Of a stretch of 64,000 nt of DNA, positions 54,501 through 64,000 are shown piece after piece. Location of the stretch: contig JBLDXI010000019.1 of the NCBI GenBank assembly GCA_047495785.1, positions 558,001 to 622,000 of the forward strand, in the 5' to 3' direction. The stretch is from Lepidodermella squamata (Eukaryota; Animalia; Gastrotricha). The notes under the pieces are model-generated. The model saw only the letters and a program-made list of their open reading frames with translations, was not told where the DNA came from and did no database searches. The translations under genes were made by a program, and so were the position numbers. The first letter of the stretch is position 1, and every line of letters starts with the position of its first letter.

Positions 54501-55374
54501 TGCTCCGATGCAATATTCGCCGACCGATGAGCTAACGTCCACAGTTTCAACTACTCAAAATGTCACTATCACAGTCAACGACAGTTCTTACCAGGCAACG
54601 AGTCCGAGAATGAGTCAAGCAACAAAGGAATCATCGAGTAGTGCAGCTGTTCAAACCTCAGTTATGACAGACGCTCCAAAGCCGATTTCGGCGGCAGATG
54701 CTGTGGGAAATGCAATGAGCGGCTCTTACTACGCTATGAGTAAGATATTGGGTGATGCACTCAACGGTGCTAATTCTGTTTTAATTCAGGAGTGGATGAT
54801 GCCTGGTTCAAGCTCAATGGAAGTGTCACACTTCCTAATGGTAGGAACATTTCGAGCGATGACTGGCCACCTGAACTAGACGATCCAAAATCTTCGTTAT
54901 ATAAGGAAGTCGCTGGAATAATGAGTAACGCGGTTAGTCTTGCATAATCCCCGAAACAGCACACATGATTTTCATCATTAATCATAGATCAAAGCATTTT
55001 ACGAAGAAACGGGCGAATTTCGAGATGTCTTAGTAAATGTTACCAGAATCAGCAAAGGCAGCATAATTGCTAACTACATCGTCGCACTGAGGAGTCTCAC
55101 CCAGCTGACAGAGGAGCAAATCCAGCAGAAAGTCAAAGAGGCGATTAAAAAATTGGCAGCAGTTGCCGTTAGTAAAATGGCTGGTATCAACATAAATGAT
55201 GCCGGGCCAAACGTGATCGGAAAAGTTACAGTCATATCTGCACCACAAAAAGCATCATTGTCAAAAGTTGTAACAACTCCTGCCTATCGTGTTTACAAAT
55301 CTGAATCTAACTATCTCCATATTGGTCTTAGATATGGTTTGATTTTTCCGATTGTCTTGACCTCAGTTCTGTGA
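51580..55374 (+). CDS. Array copy 8: three L-type lectin-like domains + stalk + SEA + GPI-like tail
   Basis: MTYLSRIFLAISLVSVLRA; motifs PDGMSIFF, GEGFAFLL, GDAFSLFL; GSII at 55057; ends YGLIFPIVLTSVL*. Confidence 0.85.
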
Positions 55375-55657
55375 ATGTAAGCGGCCATTGCACCTCATTT
55401 TCACCCGTCTGTCATGAGACTTAAAGTTTGAGCCAATTATTTCCCTGCGTAATACTGAGTCGCCAAAGTGGAAACTTGAAAGACAAAATGCTATACCTCT
55501 CTTCGAATCATGCTAAATTCCTGGTAAAATATATAGATGTTTGCATTTAATTAATTGTGACTATTCGATTTTTTGTGGCTTAATTGCAAAGAATAAAAAT
55601 TCAAAATAATATTCTTTGAGAAGTGACGTTTGTTAGAATTTCGTACCTTTGAAAGCT

Positions 55658-58600
55658 ATGCCAAAGTTGGCGCTCTCAGTTTTTCCGTTGTTGTTTCTGT
55701 TCCCTTCGATTAGTATTGGACAATGGACCACGATCCCCGAGCTAACTTTTAGCGGTTTAGAATCTGGTTAGATGAAATAGAGCAGCTTTCCAGTCATGAT
55801 AACGAAGCTTTTTTAGATGCAGCCAACTGGAAAACTGTCGCCAAAAACCCAAAAGAATTGGATCTCCTGATTACGAGGGAAACCCCGACCTCCAGCAATA
55901 ACTACGTCTTGCATCCATCATCAGTCAATGATCAGCAAAGCGCAATTTACTCGATTAACGTACCTAATCAACTTTCAATCTTTATTTTAATTCTGTGAGC
56001 TTTATTTAAAGCCTGTTCCCAACAATTACGCAAATCTGCGAGTAACTTTCTCAGTCGGGTTAGAAGCTGGAACAAATGGCGATGGTTACTCAGTGTTTTT
56101 CGTCCCGAATGAAACTCTTGCGACTGGAGTTGAAAGTAAGAAAGTGGATGCGTTTAGTTTTTCATGCCATATAACATGTTTTACCCACCACAAGCTTCTC
56201 CATCCTACCTTGCCGCCAACTTTAAAGGCTTGGCTCTGTTCGTTCAACCATATTGGAGTTCGATAAGACTATCTGGCGACATGGCCTCAGGCTACGACGT
56301 CACCTCGCCGCAAACTTCATTAACAGACATGGATTACAGCAGTTACGGAAGCTATTTCTTTGGCAACGCTCAAATCGAATTTTCATTTATGGGTGACTAC
56401 GTATCGGTATGTAAAATTATTCACCTCTTTTCTTCGCTTAGCTTTTGCCTTTTACCTCAGGTTCAAGTTACAGCGGAAAGTGGATCCAAGTTCTTCGTTG
56501 CCAAGGAACTTTATCTTCCCAAGTTCCTTAAATCTGGCCCATGGGTAGTCGGTGTTGGCGCTCATAACGGAGATAACACCAACGAAGTCAAAGTCTACTC
56601 GATCGAGACAGTTTATTCTAATGATTCCAGTCTGCAGCCGAAGCAACCAGCGACATATGCCACCGCCCCTATTTGGTTCGATGGGGCCGATCTGAGTAGC
56701 TGGACTGTTCAGAAGAGGAGCTCGGCGGACTTAACTCCCTACCAAGCTCCTCGACCTACGCCGCCGTTTGGACTGGTTCTACTACCAAAACAGGATGAGT
56801 ATCGCGAGATTAGACTTGTTAACAAAAATGTAAATAACTAAATGAAAAATTGACAATATGACGAAAGATTCCCAATAGGCTTTGTATCAAAGTGGTAGCG
56901 ATATCTTGATTCATTTTGCGGTAGTTATCGAACCAGGCTCAATGGGTGACGGTATAGCCCTTTCTCTGCAATCCAATGAACTAGCTTCGCAACCTGGAGG
57001 TATGACTGAATTTGATTCTATATTATTCCAATTTCACTAGGAATTTTCCTTGCAGCTAACACCAAGTATTACACGCCGGCCCCTTACAGAGGGCTGCGAA
57101 TAATTCTATCTCCGAAATCCAATATGCTTGTTTCGTTCAGTTGGTGCTATTCCTTCTACAATAATATAGTAGAATGTAAAGGATCAACGAAAGATATGAA
57201 GAATCAATCGATATACGGATATACAACCCATGAGTTGAGGATCTCTGGCGACATTGCTTCGGTGAGTTAGAAACGAGTAATCTGATGGTAGAACTATCAA
57301 ATTCTGATTCTGATTCTTCAAGTATTCTTACACAACGGCCGATGGTTCGAAACAAAATTTTTTCAACAGCTTCCGCTCGCCTGGTTTATCAGCAATCGGT
57401 GCGCTAATATTTAGCATAAGTGCAGTCAACAGTGATACAACCTCGCAATATCGGCTGATTCACGTCAAAACATTTATTAATGCACCGTTGACATCTTCAG
57501 CGCCAAGTTACAGCGGATCAGGTTAGCTTACATTCCTTTTTAAAAGTAGTGATTGATTATCACCTTTGATACAGTTGCTTACCTGATTCCTCAATCCTTC
57601 GACGGCTTTAGCCTGCGTATGCTTTATCATTATTCCTTGATTAGTGATTTTAATTTGGCATGAAACGTAATGTTATACAGGTGATTGGACTGTTCGAAGT
57701 AGGGACACAACCAACAACATAGTAACTACATGCATGGCGCCAAGACTCTTACGACCACTTACCGGTTTGTATCTCGATCCAAATGCTCGGAATAGGCAAA
57801 GCATCATGCTCTGCAATAGCGTAAGATAGACGCTCAAATCAAATCAATCGAAAATGAATTATTTGTTGAACTTTCAGCCCATCTTGAAGCAAGGCTTAGG
57901 GTTTAATTATGCAGTCGTAGTAGCAATAAATTTTCCCACTTACCCTAATGCTGATGGCTTAGCTATAATGTTGGTTCCTCTATCCAATTACTCGAGTGCC
58001 TGGTCGTGTAAGGCTTTAAGGCGTAAATTTAAATTTTCTATGCGCCTTTAAAATCGCAGGGTCCAATGGCGAGTTCTTTGCCCAGGTACCCCTTATGGGC
58101 GTACACCTTTTGCTGCTGACTGATAATGGGACAAATTCTCTGCGACTCATCTATATGCCGCAGCCAACCTCAGAAAAGGTCCGAAGTTTGACTCCGATAG
58201 TTCCGGAAATTACGCTAACCAGCGATCGAATTAATGGAACCCTGAAGTTCGAACTTTTATTCCAGGAAGATTTCTTAACGGTACGTCTTCCACTAAAATC
58301 TTCTTTATTTATGAGTTTCGTGCCCAATATAGGTAAGAGTGACTTGTAATGATGGCAGCCAAATTGTTGTAGCCGATCGGGCAAATGTGACCGGAATGTC
58401 AACAAACGGCCCTTGGTCTGTTGGTATTGGATCAAGATCTACAACGAATGCATCGGATTTGGTAATTCTCAGTGTAAGAACCTACTGGCTTGGTAATAGC
58501 AATGTGAGTACTACAACGACGTCAACGACTTCGACAACATCCACGACCGATAGATCCTCAACAACCCCAACTGTTACTACGAGAATGTCAATTACTAGCA

Positions 58601-59324
58601 GCAATAATGCACTTCCAACATCGATTCCTATTTCTAAGGACACTTCAGCTGCTCGGCTTTATGACGATTCCAACTATTTCCTACTACGTTTGTCCTTGTA
58701 ATAGTATTGGAAGTCCAGAAATGAAGGGTTTTTTTTACTATAGAAGCCGAGGCATCCTTCACGTTACGAGGAAACGTGTCTCTCCCAGATGGTCGAATTA
58801 TTTCAAGCGAGCAATGGCCAAGTGATATGAACAATGCTTCGTCATTTCTCTTCAAAGAGGTCGCTGATGTTATTTCGAATGCTGTAGGTCATCCTTATTA
58901 CCTTGAAGATCTCTCTTATTCTGACACAAAAATTCAGGTCACGCAGTTTTATATGGCGACTGGTGAATTCAATGATGTCAAAGTCACTGTCACTGCGATC
59001 CGAAAAGGTAGTATAATCTCGGACTATATCGTCGCCCTACGAAGCCTAACGCAATTGTCTGAGGAGCAAATTCAGAAGAAAGTGCAAGATGCTGTTCGTA
59101 TTATGGTCTCAACAGCTGCGAAAGTAATTCAGGGCATGAATATCAAAGACGTTGGCGAAACGACTGTATCTTCGGTGTCAGTTCTGTCTCGACCGAAGGC
59201 TGCGCTGACTACTATGCAAGTTCCACGCAAAGTTGATGATGAGAAAAAGTTCGCATCGAGTACAGCAAATCAACATTATTTTACAGTAGCCTTAATCATC
59301 TCGTTGTTGAACGCTTGCATGTGA
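55658..59324 (+). CDS. Array copy 9: three L-type lectin-like domains + stalk + SEA + GPI-like tail
   Basis: MPKLALSVFPLLFLFPSISIG; motifs GDGYSVFF, GDGIALSL, ADGLAIML; GSII at 59007. Confidence 0.85.
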
Positions 59325-59462
59325 ATTTGTTTCTATCTTTTACTTCATCTAAATTCAAATGAAATTCGTGAAATCTCCCAAATTCTTTCAAATCTTGTAC
59401 TTATTAAGTTTTTTTTACTGAAATCCAGGAATTTTCCAATACTGCCCGATAAATTAGCCGGG

Positions 59463-59725
59463 GAGCAAATCCAGCAGAAAGTCAAAAGGGCAAAGTTGGC
59501 AGCGGTTGCCTTCAGTAAAATTGCTGGCATCAATATGAATGATGCAGGGCCCAACGTGATTGGAAAAGGTAGAGTCATATATCTGCACCGCAAAAGACGC
59601 TATCATCGGCGAAAGTTTTTACGACATTTGGCTATCGTGATTACTAATCTGATTCAAACAAAATATTTTGTTTTCATTGGTCTTATATACGGATTGACTG
59701 TTCCGATTATCTCGATGTCATATTT
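59463..59725 (+). pseudogene. Degenerate copy of the last exon of copy 8
   Basis: EQIQQKVK...LAAVAFSKIAGINMNDAGPNVIGK matches 55113-55370, with indels. Confidence 0.85.
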
Positions 59726-60201
59726 GTATGGTATAACATGAGTAAAAAGTTTGTATCTGAACGGAGCCGGCCGAGATTTACGAATCGAAACGAGCCGGAG
59801 GCGAGCTGAGATGAGTAAATCGAGCACGGCGAGTTCAGATATGAACGATTTACGAATGTTATACCGTAAAATATCGAATTGTCATAGCGACTCGACCTAT
59901 ATTTCTGGGGACAATTCTATATTTGTTGTGGTAAGCGGCTACTGCAACGTCATTCTCGCGAGACTTCAAGCCAATTATTTCACTGAGAAATATTTAGCGA
60001 ACCGTCAAGTTGCAACAAGAGGAAAAAACCATATACTCCTAGAGTCGTACTCTTTATAATACTGGTAGACAGAGATGCATGTTTGCTTTTAATTAATTAT
60101 CTCTTATTGAATTGTTTGTGGCTTGATTGCAAATAATAAAAATGGAATATATTCTTCAAGACGTGACGAGCGTTTGTTAGAGTTTCGTACCTTTGAAAGC
60201 G

Positions 60202-63200
60202 ATGACGAAGTTGTTCCTCTCATCGTTGTCGTTACTGCTGTTGCCTTCGTTTAGCATTGGACAGTGGGCGACGATCCCAGAGCTGACTTTCAACGGCCAA
60301 GCATCTGGTTAGATAAATTCAGTGACGTTAATGTTAATATAACGAAGCTTTTTAGATGCAGCGAATTGGAACACTGTCGCAAAAAACCCAAAAGACTCGA
60401 GTCTCCTGATTACAAGGGAAATCCCTACCTCCAGCAATAACTACGTTTTGCATCCATCATCAGTCACTGATCAGCAAAGCGCAATTTACTCAATTAACGT
60501 ACCCAACGACTTATAATGTTACATTTAATTATAACAACTCCGTTCAAAGCCTGTTCCCAACAATTACGCGAATCTGAGAGTAACTTTCTCAGTCGGGTTA
60601 GAAGCTGGAACGAATGGCGATGGTTACTCCGTGTTTTTCGTCCCGAAAGAAACTCTTGCGACTGGAGTTGAAAGTAAGAAAGTGGATGCATTTAGTTTTT
60701 CATGCCATATAACATGTTTTACCCACCACAAGCTTCTCCATCCTACCTTGCCGCCAACTTTAAAGGCTTGGCTCTGTTCGTTCAACCATATTGGAGTTCG
60801 ATAAGACTATCTGGCGACATGGCCTCAGGCTACGACGTCACCTCGCCGCAAACTTCATTAACAGACATGGATTACAGCAGTTACGGAAGCTATTTCTTTG
60901 GCAACGCTCAAATCGAATTTTCATTTATGGGTGACTACGTATCGGTATGTAAAATTATTCACATATTTTCTTCGTTTAGATTTTGCCTATTGCATCAGGT
61001 TCAAGTCACAGCAGAAAGTAAATATAAATTCTACGTTGCCAAGGAACTTTATCTTCCCAAGTTCCTTAAATCTGGCCCATGGGTAGTCGGTGTTGGCGGT
61101 CATAACGGAGATAACACCAACGAAGTCAAAGTCTACTCGATCGAGACAGTTTATTCTAATGATGCCAGTCTACAGCCCAGCCAACCAGCTGCATTCAGCA
61201 CAACCATAATTTCGTTCGATGGAGCCGATCTGAGTAGCTGGACTGTGCAGAAGCGGAGCTCGGAAAATCTAACGACTTACGATTCTCCACAGCCAACCCC
61301 ACCCTTTGGCCTGGTTCTTCTACCAAATGAGCAATATCGGCAGATCAGACTTGTCTATAAAACTGTAGGTAACAACCAGCTAAATAAAAATAGATGCTAA
61401 CCAGAGATTTTCGTCGAAGAATTTGTATCAAAGTGGTAGCGATATCTGGATACAATTCGCGGTTGTTATCGAACCAGGTTCAATGGGTGATGGTATAGCC
61501 CTTTCTCTACACGGAAACGAACTATCTTCGCAACCTGGAGGCATGATTGTAAAGTTGATTACCAGTCATTTTTCACTATAATTTTTCTCGGCAGCTACCG
61601 CCAAGTATTACGCGCCGACCCCTTACAGAGGGTTGCGAATTATTTTGTCTCCGAAATCCAATATGCTTGTTTCGTTCAGTTGGTGCTATGCGATCGAATC
61701 TAATATAGTAGACTGTAAAGAATCAGCGAAAGATATGCTAAATCAGGGTATATACGGATATACAACCCATGATTTGAAGATCTCTGGCGACAGAGTGTCG
61801 GTGAGTTCTTTTTTTTCGTGGTAAATCTCGAGTCCTGATTTTGTTTTTTTCAAGTATTCTTACACAACGGCCACGGGTTCGACAGAAACTGCTTTTAACA
61901 GTTTTGATTCGCCTGGTTTATCGACAATGAGTCCTCTGGTGTTTAGTATAAGTGCAGCCAACAGTGATACAGCGTCGCAATATCGGCTGATTCAAGTCAA
62001 AACTATGATGAATTCACCGTTGACATCTACAGCGCCAAGTTACAGTGGATCACGTAAGTTGAGATTCCTGATAATAGCTCTGATCGAAACTTAACTTTAA
62101 TTCAGTTGCTTACCTGAAAGAGCAATCCTTCGACGGCTACAGCCTGCGTATGTTAATCATTATCACTAAATACTTAGACATTTAAATTAAAAACAATTAT
62201 ACAGGTAATTGGATTGTTCATAGTAAAGACAGTAACAGCAACCCAGCGGCTGCACACACAGCTCCGAGACTCTTACGACCACTTGGAGGTTTGTATCTCA
62301 TGCCGAATGCTGATACCAGGCAAAGCGTTATTTACTGCCTCAGCGTAAGATATTATAATCTCAACGGATGAAGTTTATTTTTCGAAATTATTTCAGCCCA
62401 TCTTGAAGCAAGGCTCAGAGTTTAATTATGCAGTCATCGTAGCAATAAATTTTCTCACATACCCTAATATTGATGGCTTGGCTATAATATTGGCGCCGCA
62501 ATCTAACTTCTCAAATAATGGCTGGTCATGTAAGGGTTCAGATAAGCTTAAATGTTCCTTAAGGTTTAAATCATGAAAATCCCAGGGATCAAGGGCGAGT
62601 TCTGGGCCCAGGTCCCCGTTATGGGCATACACCTTATGCTGCTGACCGCTAACGGGGCAACCTCCCTGCGACTCGTCTATATGCCGCAGCCAACCTCAGA
62701 AAAGGTCCGAAGTTTGCCCCCGATAGTTCCAGAAATTCCGCTAACCAGCCGGCAAATTAATGGAAATCTGACGTTTGAACTTGTGTTCCAGGAGGATTTC
62801 ATCACGGTGAATTTTTCTTCGAAAATTTCTCTATTAATGAAATTCAGTGCCCAATAGGTAAGAGTGACGTGTAATGATGGAAGCCAGATTGTTCTAGCCG
62901 ATCGGGCAAATGTGATTGGAATTTCAACAAACGGCCCTTGGTCTGTCGGCATTGGAGTGAGAGCTACAGCGAATGCATCCGATTTTATCATTTACTCTAT
63001 AAGAACCCACTGGCTTGGCAATAGCACTGTGAGTACTACAACGACATCAACGACTTCGACAACATCCACGACATCGACAATGACCGAAAGGTCTTCGTCA
63101 GCTACGACTATTACCCCGGAAATTTCAAGAACGATTTCTGATAGTTCGGTCACTCTAAGTAGCAATATGATCCTTCAAACATCGACTACGTCACCTGCGC

Positions 63201-63912
63201 CGAAATTGATTCCCACTTCAAAGGAACCTTCAACTGCTCGGTTGTATGACGATCCCAGCTATGTTCTACTAAGTTGGTCCCTTTGAATGTAATAGGGAAA
63301 ATCAAAGCGTGAATGATTTTATTTAATATAGAAGCTGAGGCATCCTTCACGCTAGGAGGAAATGTGTCTCTCCCAGGTGGTCGAATTATTTCAAGTGAAG
63401 AATTGCCAAGTGATCTAAACAATGCTTCATCCATTCTCTTCAAAGAGGTCGCTGATGTTATTTCGAAAGCCGTGAGTAGTCCTTTTTAACGTTGGGAATG
63501 TCTTTTATTGTGAAAGAAAATGCAGGTCACGCAGTTTTATATGGCGACTGGCGAATTCAATGATGTCAACGTCACTGTCACTTCGATCCGAAAAGGGAGT
63601 ATAATTTCTGACTATATCGTAGCCCTGAGAAGCCTGACGCAATTGTCTGAGGAGCAAATTCAGAAGAAAGTGCAAGATGCTGTTCGTATAATCGTCTCAA
63701 CAGCTGCGAAAGTAATTCAGGGCATCAACATCAAAGAAGTTGGCGAAACGACTGTATCTTCGGTGTCAGTTCTGTCTCGTCCGAAGAATGTGCTGACTAC
63801 TATGCAAGTTCCACGCAAAGTTGATGATGAGAAAAAGTTTGCATCGAGTCGATCAAATCGACTTTATTCTTCAGTAGCCTTAATCATTTCGTTGGTACAC
63901 GCTAGCCTGTGA
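60202..63912 (+). CDS. Array copy 10 (recent paralog of copy 9)
   Basis: MTKLFLSSLSLLLLPSFSIG; colinear with copy 9; GSII at 63595; ends SVALIISLVHASL*. Confidence 0.85.
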
Positions 63913-64000
63913 CTTTTCTTTTATTACGTCATCGAAATTTAATCGATGTAGCCAACAGGTTATCTGGATGATACGGTGATGTTTGGTTTTAATTATTCAT

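Noticed and set aside
59751-60059. 102-aa ORF / GAGCCGGAGGCGAG-containing segment before copy 10
   Set aside because: Absent from the paralogous spacer and likely a repeat fragment; no coding or terminal signature to support a call.
78-63912. Many short ORFs read as separate prokaryotic genes or as stop-codon reassignment
   Set aside because: Breaks coincide with short GT-AG introns conserved across paralogs; TAA, TAG and TGA all serve as true terminal stops.

Overview
Eukaryotic, most likely animal, genomic DNA with many very short (~45-60 nt) spliceosomal introns; the organism cannot be named from sequence alone. Most of the window is a head-to-tail (+ strand) array of ten paralogous genes, the first truncated by the window edge. 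Each predicted protein has a signal peptide, an optional LamG/ConA-like domain, 3-4 tandem legume (L-type) lectin-like domains, a Thr/Ser-rich mucin stalk, a SEA-like domain with an invariant GSII motif, and a hydrophobic C-terminus resembling a GPI signal. The array shows birth-and-death evolution: three recent pairs (2/3, 6/7, 9/10), orphan last-exon fragments marking duplication breakpoints, local homogenisation at the same intron in all three pairs, and disabling lesions in copies 1-3. Copy 2 is split by an 11.06-kb CACTA/EnSpm-type transposon (CCCAG...CTGGG ends, AG target duplication, intact ~848-aa transposase, two further spliced genes, a nested MITE and a 169-bp tandem repeat). Intron 1 of copy 5 carries a 2.8-kb Helentron/DINE-1-like element inserted at the splice acceptor. 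All domain and family calls come from motif recognition by eye, not database searches.
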